Positions 44,471-54,333 of a DNA stretch of 64,000 nucleotides are shown piece by piece. The position numbers and the translations under genes were made by a program. Numbering within the stretch: the stretch's first letter is position 1; every line of letters begins with the position of its first letter. Source of the DNA: a virus (taxonomy: Duplodnaviria; Caudoviricetes); the IMG/VR virus record IMGVR_UViG_2775507097_000001, positions 1 to 64,000 of that record. The stretch is one strand, 5' to 3'. Under the pieces are notes generated by a model that was not told the DNA's origin, ran no database searches, and worked only from the letters and a program-made list of their open reading frames with translations.

Positions 44471-45808
44471 TCAGGCGTGCTCGATGACAACGCCGCGCTT
44501 GTACAGCGCCGCATCGCCCGTGCCCGCATCGGACGGAACACCGAAGTCACCGACCCACGACCAGGTCGAGGAGATGACCTGCTGCAGGCGGTCCTGCGCC
44601 GGACGCACCAGCAGGGTGACGTCCACGGCAGGCGCGGCCTGGATGGTGCGGATCTCGGGCACGTCCTCGACGCCGGTTCCGGCGAGGAGACTGTTGGTGC
44701 CCTCGAACGGAGCCGCCATCAGCGCGTTCGCACCCAGCACGATCGGCCGGTGCACGAGCAGGGTGCCCGCCGAGCCGCCGTTGGCGATGGTCGGGGCCTC
44801 GAGGTTGCGGACCCAGTCGATGCCGGCGAAACGCCCGATGCTGAGGTCCCGGTAGATCGGGGAGTCGATGCGGCCCTGAAGGGCCTGCTTGAAGTCGGAG
44901 TCCGCGAACAGCTGGGCCTCGGTGTCGGGGTCGATGTGGGCGACGTAGTAGCCGCCGACGGTCGGGACCGCCATCTTCCGCAGGCGCGCCACGGCGGCCC
45001 TGAAGTTCGCGAACGTCACCGTGTTCGACCCGGTCAGGTCGTAGGCGGAGTTGCCGGTCGCCCGGACCGAGATCGGAGCGTTCGCCGCGACCACGTAGTC
45101 ACCGGCGACGTCGACGCGGGCAGTGCCCAGGGTCAGCGTCTTGGTGCCGAGGTTCACGCCGGTCACCGTGTTGCCGGTGCCCGCGATCGACACGGTGAGC
45201 GGGTTGGACGCCGACACGGCGGTCGGGACACCGTTGACCATGACGGTCTCGAAGCCGTCCGTCGAATTGACGATGATCGACGTGTCCGAGGACCCGGCCG
45301 TGGTGCACCAGGTCCGGCCGCCCGCGTAGGCCTTGAACAGCTTGTTCCGGGCCACCTGGTTGATGGTCTGACCTGCGTTGATGCCGAGGTTCTCCACGTC
45401 GGCGAGGAACTTGCTCGCGAGGGCCATCGAACTGCCCAGCATGTTGGTGTCCATCGAGTTCGCGTACTGGTCCATCGTCACGGACCACTGCTCGATGCTG
45501 TACGTGGCCGCCGACGGGTCCGACCCGGTCACCGGAGTGGTGACGGGGGCGAGCAGGCCCTTGCGGGTGAAAGTCTTGGTGTCACCCAGGCCGCCCATCC
45601 ACGGCTCCGCGTCCGCGATCTGTGGGAACAGGAAGTTCGGCACCAGCGCGTCCCGGAACACGCGGTCGAGCATGCCGTTCTGCAGCATCGCCTGGATGCC
45701 AGCAGGCAGGGACGGCCGGACACCAGCGTGCCGGTCGAGTCGGAACCACGGCCGGGCCGGGCCCTTGACGGAAAGCCGCGGACGGGCCGCGGTCAGGCTG
45801 GGGGTCAT
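44471..45808 (-). CDS. Major capsid protein
   Basis: 445 aa; position after scaffold; YYVAHIDP, IGRFAGIDW, DRLQQ. Confidence 0.9.
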   Translation of the reverse strand: MTPSLTAARPRLSVKGPARPWFRLDRHAGVRPSLPAGIQAMLQNGMLDRVFRDALVPNFLFPQIADAEPWMGGLGDTKTFTRKGLLAPVTTPVTGSDPSAATYSIEQWSVTMDQYANSMDTNMLGSSMALASKFLADVENLGINAGQTINQVARNKLFKAYAGGRTWCTTAGSSDTSIIVNSTDGFETVMVNGVPTAVSASNPLTVSIAGTGNTVTGVNLGTKTLTLGTARVDVAGDYVVAANAPISVRATGNSAYDLTGSNTVTFANFRAAVARLRKMAVPTVGGYYVAHIDPDTEAQLFADSDFKQALQGRIDSPIYRDLSIGRFAGIDWVRNLEAPTIANGGSAGTLLVHRPIVLGANALMAAPFEGTNSLLAGTGVEDVPEIRTIQAAPAVDVTLLVRPAQDRLQQVISSTWSWVGDFGVPSDAGTGDAALYKRGVVIEHA

Positions 45809-45809
45809 G

Positions 45810-45998
45810 TCACTCCTCAGTGATCTCTACGGACACCAGGTCCGGGTATTGCTCAGCGACCATCTGGAGGCCGAGCAGTGCGGTTTGGGCGATGGCCGAA
45901 ACGGCGGCGCAGACGCGACCCCCAGCGGCGTGCTCCTCGTGACCGGCCACCGTTATCTCGGTGCGCCCGTCGCCCAGATGGGCACGGACTTCGATCAC
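45810..45998 (-). CDS. prp: Prp-family (YsxB/DUF464) cysteine protease
   Basis: MIEV...ITVAGH...VCAAVSAI...QYPD.V; His/Cys dyad motifs. Confidence 0.85.
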   Translation of the reverse strand: MIEVRAHLGDGRTEITVAGHEEHAAGGRVCAAVSAIAQTALLGLQMVAEQYPDLVSVEITEE

Positions 45999-46729
45999 AC
46001 GCGTTGCCTGTAGCCGTACTTGGCGAGCTCCGCGGCGACCTGGTCCTTCGAGGCCTCGAGGTAGTTCACCGGCGCGGGAGCACCGCGCGAGCCCTGGCCG
46101 GGGTCCGGCTTGGGCTGCGGCTTCTTCTCGGGGGCCGGAGCAGCCGGCTCGGGCCTGGCCCAGTGCGGCTTACGCTCCAGCAGGTCCGACAGGGCCGTCT
46201 CGATGGCGTCCGTGTCGATCTCGCCGTCGGCGTCGACGTACTGGCTGGGGTCACGCATCAGCACGTCCACCGCGTCAGTCGGGTCGGCGAACTCTCCGGC
46301 CGCCGCACGGACCTCGGCAGCCACAGCGCGCGCCGTGGCCTTCGCAGCCTGCTTCTCGGACCGTTCGGCCTTCGCCGCGAGCTTCTCCGACTCGGTCCGG
46401 TCGCGGTCCTTGAACTCCTCAACCTGGCGGGCGAGGTCGTCGGCGCGCTTCTTCTCCGCGGCCGCGGCCTTCCGGGCTTCCGCCTTCTCGGCCTTCATAC
46501 GGTCGAGCGCTTTCTTACCCGCGTTGCCGAGCTTGTCGGCGCCCTCGGGCTCCGGCTCAGGCTCGGGGTCCGCCGGATCGTCTGCAGGATCCGGGGCGGG
46601 CTCGGGGTCTGCGGGGTCGTCCGCCGGGTCCGGAGCAGGCTCGGGGTCGGACGGCTCGGGGTCGTCGTGTCGGGACAGGTTGAACCAGGCGATCCCGGTT
46701 GCCGGGACCTTCTCAATCTCGGTGGACAT
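45995..46729 (-). CDS. Capsid scaffolding protein
   Basis: D/P/E-rich N-terminal repeats, LGNAGKKALDRMK coiled coil, KPHW; start re-called. Confidence 0.9.
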   Translation of the reverse strand: MSTEIEKVPATGIAWFNLSRHDDPEPSDPEPAPDPADDPADPEPAPDPADDPADPEPEPEPEGADKLGNAGKKALDRMKAEKAEARKAAAAEKKRADDLARQVEEFKDRDRTESEKLAAKAERSEKQAAKATARAVAAEVRAAAGEFADPTDAVDVLMRDPSQYVDADGEIDTDAIETALSDLLERKPHWARPEPAAPAPEKKPQPKPDPGQGSRGAPAPVNYLEASKDQVAAELAKYGYRQRV

Positions 46730-46819
46730 TGCGTCCGCCCCTTCAGTTGTGGACATGCGAAAGGGGCCCCATTGCGGGACCCCCTGGTGTTGGTCGATGG
46801 TCATCCCTGCCGGAAGCGG

Positions 46820-47857
46820 CTAGGACAGATAGCCGAAGCGCTTGAGCATCCCGATCAGCTCGTCGCGATCTTCGGAGAGTCGGAGGATCTCGCTGGGCGT
46901 GAGCCGCGGCGTCTTCAGGTGGAAGCGCGGCAGTCCCTGTTCCACGTCGGCGCGGCCGCGAGCGAACCGTTGGCCCGTGCGCTGCTCCGCCTCGCGGCGC
47001 ATCTGCTGGAAGAACTCCCCGCGGCGCGTCGTGCCCTCGAGCGTGGCCACGACCTTCTTGCCGTAAGCGTCCAACGTCACCGTCGACCGACCCGCGTTGA
47101 CGACCTTGTAGATGTCGGCGCCGTTCCGGATCGCCTCAGCGCCGCCGATCGTGAACCGGCGATCCTGCTCAGCGCGCGACAGGCCGTTGAAGAACGACAT
47201 CGGGTTCACGTGCCGCCCAGGGCGCGCATCGGTGGCGGGAACCCCATAACAAGCGCACCTTTTGTGACGTTGAAAGTCCGCGTTCCACCGGTACCAGCGA
47301 CCCGCCAGGATCGCGCACCTCGCGCAAGCTCCCGCCCGGACTTGCCGGACGTAGCCCGTCACCGAACGGTTCGCGACCATCGCCACACCAGCCGCGCCGC
47401 GGCCCGCATCCGCGACCTCCGACGCGGCAATCCGCAGCAACTGGGCCTGCCCGGCGAGCATCGCCTCCTGCAGCGTCAGGCCGCCGCCGATCAGCGTCTT
47501 CGTGCGGATCACCGGCAGGTACAGTAGCGAGTCCAGCGTCCGGCCGTCCGCGGCGACACCCGAAAACGAGCGGGCATCCACACGCGCCGCCTGCTCCAGG
47601 TAGTCGTTGCTGAGGCCGTCCATGCGGACCATCGCCTCGATGTACGGCTGGCCCGTGGACGCCGCCACCAGCTGGCCGGCGGACACGGCCCGGACCATCG
47701 CCGCACCCAAGCCCTGCAACCAGGACCCGGACAGGTCTGCAGCGGCAAGCCGCTTCCACAGCCGTTCCATCGTGACCGTCGTCTGAATGACGGCCCGCTG
47801 CTGAGACCGGCCGTAGGCGTCGACGATGGCCGCGTGGGCCTGCGTTGCAACGGCCAC
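46820..47857 (-). CDS. Minor capsid / MuF-like protein
   Basis: GYVR...ACARCAILAG...FQRHKRCAC after portal. Confidence 0.8.
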   Translation of the reverse strand: MAVATQAHAAIVDAYGRSQQRAVIQTTVTMERLWKRLAAADLSGSWLQGLGAAMVRAVSAGQLVAASTGQPYIEAMVRMDGLSNDYLEQAARVDARSFSGVAADGRTLDSLLYLPVIRTKTLIGGGLTLQEAMLAGQAQLLRIAASEVADAGRGAAGVAMVANRSVTGYVRQVRAGACARCAILAGRWYRWNADFQRHKRCACYGVPATDARPGRHVNPMSFFNGLSRAEQDRRFTIGGAEAIRNGADIYKVVNAGRSTVTLDAYGKKVVATLEGTTRRGEFFQQMRREAEQRTGQRFARGRADVEQGLPRFHLKTPRLTPSEILRLSEDRDELIGMLKRFGYLS

Positions 47858-47858
47858 G

Positions 47859-49241
47859 TCAGCCTCCCGCAGGGGCCTCGAGCGGCTGCGGCTCCGGCTG
47901 GGCGGTGGACAGCTGGTGCAGATCCATCGCCGTCATCCGGGTCAGGGCCTCGTCCTGCATGCCCCGCATTCGGTCCCGCTGCACTGCGCTGTAGCCGAGG
48001 TCTTCCCATGCCTGCTCGGTCGGCAGGATGCCGCTGGCGTGGAGTTTCACGACGGCGTCGGCTTTCTGTGCGTAGGTCGGAGTCGCCGGGTCCCGCCACA
48101 CGGTCTCGAGCTTGCCGGTCCGCGGGTCGAGTTTGCCGTCCCGGACCAGCAGGACGAGCCGCATGACGCGTTCCCACGCCTCGCCGAACGCCCGCTGACG
48201 CCGCTCCGCGCGCTTCACCAGACGAGCCTCCGACGCGCGGATCGCGTCCGCGGACGGCGGCTGATCGGTGGCCAGGCCGAGGAATGCGGGCGGCAGGCCC
48301 GTCAGGGCAGCCACCAGACGCGCAAGAACGTTGATCGTCTCGTGGAAGTTCGACAGCTGCGCCTCGGGGAACTGGCCGAACTTGACGTTGTCGCCCTCGT
48401 TCACCCACAGGCGGCCCGCCAGCGACGACATCGCACCGAGCGGCTGCCCGTTCTCGTCGGCGAAGTCGTCCCGGGACATGCCCGTCGCCCACCGGCGCGG
48501 CATCGCGTGATACTCCGCGCTGACCATCATGTCCGAGGCGATCTTGCAGGCCGCATCCGAGATCGGAATGACGGAGCGCAGTTCAGACGTGCCGTCCAGG
48601 TGGCGCAGCCGCGGCCGGTTCGCCAGCGGGACGACAAGCACCTGGCCGAGCTTGTGCTCGTCCTGCTCAACCGCGGTCCAAGCGCCCTTCTGCTGCTCGA
48701 ACGTGATCCGCTTGTTCGGCAGATACAGCGTCGCCCACTTCACCGGGGCAGCCCCCGCGGAGGGTTCATCCCACCGCTTGATCGCCGCCATCACCTGCCG
48801 GGTACGAGGATCCCGCTCCGCGAACACCTCGAGGGCGGACTCTGCGGTGATGATCGGCGTGGCCTCGTCGTCCTCGTTCGCGCCGATGATCGCGTAAGAC
48901 CGTTTCAGGGCCAGCGCATCGACGTGGGCCTGCTGGCTGCCCTCGTCCATGTCGGAGGCCTGCCACACCGACCACAGATCCTCCGCCGTGGTCTCACTGT
49001 CCGCGTACCGGAAGCCCTCGACGTCCAGCCGCTCATCCAGCGCGTCCACCACCAGTTGCGGCCAGTTGATGACCAGCTGCCGCATCCGGTCCGACAGCTC
49101 CGACTGGATCTCCGGCGCTAGATACGACAGAGGCTGCGTGCCCTCGTAGTAGCTGTCCATCAACCGCAGATTCGGCAGATCGTTGTCGTGCGCCGCAATC
49201 AGCCGCTTCAGCCAGGCATCCGGCTCGAGGTCGAGGGCCAC
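47859..49241 (-). CDS. Portal protein (SPP1 gp6-like)
   Basis: YYEGTQPL, NWPQLVVD, PSADAIRA.E.RL, WRDP. Confidence 0.95.
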   Translation of the reverse strand: MALDLEPDAWLKRLIAAHDNDLPNLRLMDSYYEGTQPLSYLAPEIQSELSDRMRQLVINWPQLVVDALDERLDVEGFRYADSETTAEDLWSVWQASDMDEGSQQAHVDALALKRSYAIIGANEDDEATPIITAESALEVFAERDPRTRQVMAAIKRWDEPSAGAAPVKWATLYLPNKRITFEQQKGAWTAVEQDEHKLGQVLVVPLANRPRLRHLDGTSELRSVIPISDAACKIASDMMVSAEYHAMPRRWATGMSRDDFADENGQPLGAMSSLAGRLWVNEGDNVKFGQFPEAQLSNFHETINVLARLVAALTGLPPAFLGLATDQPPSADAIRASEARLVKRAERRQRAFGEAWERVMRLVLLVRDGKLDPRTGKLETVWRDPATPTYAQKADAVVKLHASGILPTEQAWEDLGYSAVQRDRMRGMQDEALTRMTAMDLHQLSTAQPEPQPLEAPAGG

Positions 49242-49259
49242 AGGTCACCCCCGTCATCG

Positions 49260-50879
49260 TCATCGCATCACAGTCGTCTTCCGGGAGCGCGGCGGCTCGT
49301 TGCCGCCCGCCTTGATTGCGTCCCGTCGGGCTTCCCAGGACAGGCAGCCCGCCATGGAAAGGTCGATCTTCCGAGGGGAGTCGTGGCGGTCCTTCTGGAT
49401 CACCCACATCGGCTTGCCCTCGTCGTCCTTCACTCCGGCGTTCCGCTTCACCGCATGGGCGATGTGCCGGGCGAAGGCGTCGCTGCCGTCGTGCGACAGC
49501 TCGCCGCCCGTCATTGCCGTCTTGTACGCGCGCAGGGCGAACGCCATCTGGCGGCGCCGGTGCGTCCACCACTCGGTGACGACCTTCGGGCCGTACTTGC
49601 CGGCCCAGCCCGCGATCGTCTCCTCCCAGTAGGCCGGGTCCGCGTAGACGCGCACGACCCGCCACGTTTGCATGGCCTCGTCCAGTACGGCGTTCACCTC
49701 GGCCTCGGGGACTTCCCACGATTCGGCCTCCTGCTTGTTCGCAGGCGACTCCCACACCCCGAGCACCCACTGGTGGCCCGTCTCGATGTGGGTCGCGATG
49801 AAGCCTGTCGAGTCGCTCCACTTCGACCCGTCGAAGCCGATCGCGATCGCTTCCTTCGCCGGGACGATGAAGTGCGAGTCCGCCAACTCCCGCCAGCGCC
49901 CCGGGTCGAACGCCTTCGCTGAGGCGGTTCCGGGCTGGTTCAGGAAGTACCTGCGGGCGTCCGCCGGATCGGTGTCCGGCTCCCGCATATCGCTGGCAAT
50001 CCGCTCGAGATCCATCCACTTCGCTGCGTCGCCGTACACGAACTCCAGAGCGGGCAGCAGCTGGTCGTCGTCGTGCAGGTCCTCGACATGCGGGGCTTCG
50101 CGGTGGTCAAAGAGCAGACCGCCGTCACGTACCCGGCCCGAGGCGACCGCCTTGTGGTACTCGTGCGTCGCCTCCGCCACCGAACTCTCGCCGACCGCAT
50201 ACATCGTCGACGTCTCCAGTGACCACGGCTCGGCAGCACGGCGCTTCACCAGGTTGCGGCGCACCGTCTTGTGCATGGCCTTCAGCTCGGGCAGGACGTA
50301 CAGGTGCGTCTCGTCGAAGACGCTGAACGTCTCCTTGCCGCCATCCTTCGCGGCGCCGGACGACGTCGACGGGACGATCTCGCCGCCGCCCTCGATGAAG
50401 ATGCGGCTCGACGTCTGCGCCGAACGCCCCAGGTCGATTCCCGGGAACTCGTCGCCGGCGTATTCGACGAGGTGCTCGAGCATCGCCGTGACGTTGTCGT
50501 AGGTGTTGCCGGACTGGTTCTCCTCCGTCGCCAGGCAGCGAATGAAGGGGTACACCTGCGCGCGGCCCACCGGATCACCGGCAGCGTCCCAGCCGTCGAA
50601 CCTGCACGGCCCCAGCGCCTCGAAGCACACCAGCGCGCCGGCGAGCTCGCTCTTCGCCCTGCCCTTCGGCCGGGACAGGAACGCGCGGTTGACCTTCCGG
50701 CGGCCCGTCACCGGGTCGAGCTGGTAGGCCTTGACGATGAACGCGGCCATCTCGTCGTCGATGAGCAGAGGCTCGCCCTGCACGTCGCCGGGACCGTGGC
50801 ACAGGTAGTGCTCGATCCAGTCGATGGCCTCGAAGCCGAGGGAGACGAAGCGGTCCGGGTCAGCTATCCGCCTGGCCAT
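49260..50879 (-). CDS. terL: Terminase large subunit
   Basis: RPKGRAKSE Walker A, FDETH Walker B, GFDGS..DST, KID nuclease motifs. Confidence 0.97.
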   Translation of the reverse strand: MARRIADPDRFVSLGFEAIDWIEHYLCHGPGDVQGEPLLIDDEMAAFIVKAYQLDPVTGRRKVNRAFLSRPKGRAKSELAGALVCFEALGPCRFDGWDAAGDPVGRAQVYPFIRCLATEENQSGNTYDNVTAMLEHLVEYAGDEFPGIDLGRSAQTSSRIFIEGGGEIVPSTSSGAAKDGGKETFSVFDETHLYVLPELKAMHKTVRRNLVKRRAAEPWSLETSTMYAVGESSVAEATHEYHKAVASGRVRDGGLLFDHREAPHVEDLHDDDQLLPALEFVYGDAAKWMDLERIASDMREPDTDPADARRYFLNQPGTASAKAFDPGRWRELADSHFIVPAKEAIAIGFDGSKWSDSTGFIATHIETGHQWVLGVWESPANKQEAESWEVPEAEVNAVLDEAMQTWRVVRVYADPAYWEETIAGWAGKYGPKVVTEWWTHRRRQMAFALRAYKTAMTGGELSHDGSDAFARHIAHAVKRNAGVKDDEGKPMWVIQKDRHDSPRKIDLSMAGCLSWEARRDAIKAGGNEPPRSRKTTVMR

Positions 50880-51315
50880 CGACGACCTTCAGGACGCGGT
50901 CCCTGCGTGAGGTTCCACCGCGGGGGCTTGCCGAGCGCCGGGCCACAGGCTCGATGTCCGGCTCGGCTACGGTCCAGCGCAGCCGCACCCGGTCCGCTGC
51001 CGTGCCGCCGAGGGACGCCTCGTTCAGCCGGATCTCCGCCAGCAGATCTTTCCTCGGCTCGCCCCAGTACTCCTGCACGAGTTCGGCGAGCATGTGCAGC
51101 CGCTGCCAGTCCGTCGGCAGGAACGTCGCAGCTTGCGGGCTGCTGCGCCACGTCTCGTACCAGGCCAGCGTGCGGCTGTCGTAGTCGTGTCCGCCGGGCA
51201 GTTCCGGCGTGGGTCCATCCGGTCCGTTCGCCGGGAGGACTGTCGTCGTGACCGCGTCGGCGTTGCGCCGGCGCCGCTGAGACGCATCCTTCGGCAGGGG
51301 TCCGTTTCCAGGCAT
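50860..51315 (-). CDS. terS: Terminase small subunit
   Basis: GPLPK...RRRRN, W..W..SPQA, EIRL.E..LG.T..DR.RLR. Confidence 0.9.
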   Translation of the reverse strand: MPGNGPLPKDASQRRRRNADAVTTTVLPANGPDGPTPELPGGHDYDSRTLAWYETWRSSPQAATFLPTDWQRLHMLAELVQEYWGEPRKDLLAEIRLNEASLGGTAADRVRLRWTVAEPDIEPVARRSASPRGGTSRRDRVLKVVDGQADS

Positions 51316-51515
51316 TGTGATCACCTCTGTTGGTGCCGTTGCGGCATCAGACCGACGGCCATTGCGGCGCGCCGGTAGCTACACAGGGTTACGCGATGAA
51401 GATCGATTTCCGGGGCCCAAAATCCTGTGACCCGTATGGGACCCGATAGCCCTCCCCGTAGGTCCAGATTCCATGATCCAATGACCCTTTGGCCCCTGGG
51501 TCTTGCCCGCCGAGG

Positions 51516-52040
51516 TTACGCAGCGTGATCCTGCTTGGCGCTGTTGCAACCCAGGCAGCAGGTGCGGACGTTGGCCAGGGTGTGGTCGCCGCCCTTCGAT
51601 AGCGGCGCCACGTGGTCGACGGTCGGGCTCATCACGTCGAACGGTGAGGCGTCCGGGTCGGTCGGCCGCTCGCACCGGTAGCAGACCCAGCCGTCACGCT
51701 CGAAGACCTGGAGCCGGTCGAACCGATGGATGACCGTCGCGCCGGCAAGCTGTGCTCGCTTCACCGCGTCGGTGCTCCAGTCGTAGCTGCCTGTGTGTGC
51801 GGCTGCTGGTCCGAACTGCACGATGCGGCGGCAGGCTATGGAGCAGGTGGGCCTGCGGTCTGCCTTGTGTGGGCGTCGTATCGGGGTACCGCAGGCGGTG
51901 CACGAGGTGGGGATAGCGGCGTGCCTGTTGGGCTGGTGCTTGCGGTTGTAGTGGGTGGAGCACAGGCCGAGAGCGCGGTACTTGTTCGGGCATCCAGGTT
52001 CGGTACAGGTCTTGGTGCGTGAGGGGGTGAGCGTTGGCAT
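51516..52040 (-). CDS. HNH endonuclease
   Basis: VFERDGWVCYRC...TVDHVAPLSKGG.H...N....C..CN..K. Confidence 0.92.
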   Translation of the reverse strand: MPTLTPSRTKTCTEPGCPNKYRALGLCSTHYNRKHQPNRHAAIPTSCTACGTPIRRPHKADRRPTCSIACRRIVQFGPAAAHTGSYDWSTDAVKRAQLAGATVIHRFDRLQVFERDGWVCYRCERPTDPDASPFDVMSPTVDHVAPLSKGGDHTLANVRTCCLGCNSAKQDHAA

Positions 52041-52059
52041 GTCGGTCTCCGGGTATGGC

Positions 52060-52093
52060 GAAGCCCCCGACACCCGGATGGGTCGGGGGCTTC
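52060..52093. terminator. Hairpin between the two HNH genes
   Basis: GAAGCCCCCGAC/GTCGGGGGCTTC. Confidence 0.55.
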
Positions 52094-52130
52094 TGCTCGC
52101 CGGGATCAGTGGCGAGTGCTGGTGGGTTGG

Positions 52131-52526
52131 TCAGTGCAGGCCGAAGGTTCCGGGCTGCTCTCGTGCGGTGCTGCTGGCGTGGCAGAGGCCGCAGAGTCCG
52201 CGCCCGCGCTTGGGATCGTTGTGGTCGAGCCCTCGTTCGATGAGGTCGCGCTTACTCAGTGGCCAGTGGTCTGCGTGTTCACTGGGTCTGGCGCATGCGG
52301 AGTCTGGGTCGCTGCACTGGGGGCAGCCGGGGCAGACGCAGATGGGATCGCGGGCCAGGACTGCCGGCCGGAAGCGGGTCTCGTGTTCTCGTCCGTATCC
52401 GCGCTGTCTCGCTGTGCCGCGCCGTTGTTCCGCCTCACGGCGGTGGTCGTCGCACTTCCCACCGCGATCGCTGAACTCGGGGCAGCCGGGTACGGAGCAG
52501 ACGCGCCAGCCGGTTCGTCGTGGCAT
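52131..52526 (-). CDS. Terminase-associated HNH protein
   Basis: CSVPGC...RQRGYG...DPIC...ADH...LCGLCH. Confidence 0.88.
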   Translation of the reverse strand: MPRRTGWRVCSVPGCPEFSDRGGKCDDHRREAEQRRGTARQRGYGREHETRFRPAVLARDPICVCPGCPQCSDPDSACARPSEHADHWPLSKRDLIERGLDHNDPKRGRGLCGLCHASSTAREQPGTFGLH

Positions 52527-52539
52527 GGCGGCCTCCCGT

Positions 52540-52725
52540 TCAGCTTCGGGGGGCCAGACGGCGGACAGCGGCCTTGGCGAGTTCCCACGTGAAGGGGATG
52601 TCGAGTGTTCGCGCCTTGCTGAGCTTCAAGACCGGATGCAGCGAGAGCTTGCCGTCCGTGCTCTGCACCCAGCAGTAGGACTTGCCGAAGAGGACGGTCT
52701 CACCCGTGCGCCAAGGGGATTCCAT
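52540..52725 (-). CDS. Small hypothetical protein
   Basis: MESPWRTG with GGAGG RBS. Confidence 0.55.
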   Translation of the reverse strand: MESPWRTGETVLFGKSYCWVQSTDGKLSLHPVLKLSKARTLDIPFTWELAKAAVRRLAPRS

Positions 52726-52739
52726 GCGGCGCCTCCGCT

Positions 52740-53039
52740 TCAGGTGATGCCGAGGTAGCCGGACAGCCGGACGATGTTCTCGGATCCGGGCGGGTCGAAG
52801 GACACGTAGACGCGGTAGTCGCCTGCGGCCAGCGTGAGCGCCCCGCCGTCGGGTCCGATGAGGAGTCGGGCCTCGGTGCCGTTGGCCCACGTCCCGGTCT
52901 GCCAGTCGCTGGTCACCGGGTTGTCCCGGTTGGAGACGGGGAGGAAGGCGAGCTTGGGTGGGGTGCCGGTGATGTCGACTCCGGCTGGTGCGGTGACGGG
53001 GACGTGGACGTACTCGGTCGAGGTGGCGGGGATCAGCAC
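52740..53039 (-). CDS. Small Ig-like putative structural protein
   Basis: IPATSTEYV...W..GTW...ARLLIGP...GDYRVYV; start re-called. Confidence 0.7.
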   Translation of the reverse strand: MLIPATSTEYVHVPVTAPAGVDITGTPPKLAFLPVSNRDNPVTSDWQTGTWANGTEARLLIGPDGGALTLAAGDYRVYVSFDPPGSENIVRLSGYLGIT

Positions 53040-54295
53040 GGTGCGCCTACCTCCAAGTCGTCGGCTTGGGGTGCCTGCACGGTCCAGGTGGGCACGTATG
53101 GCTGGCCTGCTGCCCACGGGCTGTAGGGGGCGCCGACAGTGACGTTGATGTCGTCGTGGGTGCCGAGTGTTGTCCCGCTGGCTGTGAGCGTCGCCGTGGC
53201 GGCGAGCGCGGCTTGGCCGGCTGCCGCCGTGCTTCCTGCTGCGGTGAGAGTTGCCGCGGCGTTCAGGGCGGCGCCTGCGATCGTTGCTCGGGTGCCCGCC
53301 GCTGTGAGGGTGCCTGTGGCGCTCAGTGTGGCGTCTCCGAGTGTGGGCGCCGTGCCGGTGATTCCGCTGGCCGTCAGTGTGGCCGTGGCCGTGAGGGCGG
53401 CGGCGGCGTTGTATGCGGCCTGTCCTTGGGCGGTCAGTGCGGCGGTTGCAGCGAGTGCGGTGAGTCCTGGGTGGTCCACTAGTCCGGCGGCTGTCAGGTT
53501 CGTGGTCGCCGTGAGGGCTGCGTTGCTGCTGGTGGCTAGCGTTCCGCTGGCGGTCAGGGTCGCCGTTGTGGCGAAGGTCGCCGTTCCGGCTGTGGCGCGG
53601 ATGCCGTCTGCTGTCAGGCCGGCTGTGGTTGTCAGCGCCGTATCGCCCGTAGTGGCGCGGAGGCCGGATGTGGACAGGGTTGCTGTTGCGGCGAGGGCGG
53701 AGGATCCTGCTGTTGCCCGTAGGCCGGTGGCGGACAGTGTGGCTGTACCCGGGAAGGCCGCGTCGCCTGTGGTGCCGGTGGTGACGTCTGCCGCGGTGAA
53801 GTCGTCGAAGCGGAGCAGGTTGGTGGATTCGGCTCGGAGGCCGACGCTGGTGCCGGTGGTGACGGCGGTGTCGGTGACGGAGACGCGCTGGACGCCGTTG
53901 ACGAATCCTTTGATCGTCGAGCCGACGGCCTGCACTTTCGCGATGTCGCCTGCGACGGCTGCCCCGGCAAAGGAGCCGATCGACGTGAACGAGCCGCCTA
54001 CGACGGAGAAAAGGTTCCAGCTCGTGCCGTCGTTGCGCCACAGGTAGCCCTGGCTGATGTTGCTGTTGCCGCGGCACCACACGCCGTGGCTGACGGCTGC
54101 GGTGGCGGCGATGGTGACCTGGGCTGAGTGGTCGTTGGTGGCCATCGTTCCGGCAGCACGGAGGATGATCGTGCCGCCCGCTGAGCCGGAGCTGAGCTGG
54201 TTGGAGATGATCGACCAGTCGCCGCTTACCTCGACCCAGTTGGCGCCGAGGTTCGTGCTGTCAGCGCGGTTGAAGTCGTCGGTGATGGTCGTCAT
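53033..54295 (-). CDS. Putative fibre protein: beta-sandwich N-domain plus ~15-aa Ala/Thr repeats
   Basis: DDFNRAD...FDDF; repeated G.AAL.ATATLTA.G. Confidence 0.75.
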   Translation of the reverse strand: MTTITDDFNRADSTNLGANWVEVSGDWSIISNQLSSGSAGGTIILRAAGTMATNDHSAQVTIAATAAVSHGVWCRGNSNISQGYLWRNDGTSWNLFSVVGGSFTSIGSFAGAAVAGDIAKVQAVGSTIKGFVNGVQRVSVTDTAVTTGTSVGLRAESTNLLRFDDFTAADVTTGTTGDAAFPGTATLSATGLRATAGSSALAATATLSTSGLRATTGDTALTTTAGLTADGIRATAGTATFATTATLTASGTLATSSNAALTATTNLTAAGLVDHPGLTALAATAALTAQGQAAYNAAAALTATATLTASGITGTAPTLGDATLSATGTLTAAGTRATIAGAALNAAATLTAAGSTAAAGQAALAATATLTASGTTLGTHDDINVTVGAPYSPWAAGQPYVPTWTVQAPQADDLEVGAPC

Positions 54296-54333
54296 GGCGA
54301 CGTCTCCGATCAGCCGCTACGCCGCCTCAAGGG

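Noticed and set aside
46540-46670. Tandem DNA repeats
   Set aside because: Explained by the DPEPAPDPADDPA peptide repeats of the scaffold protein
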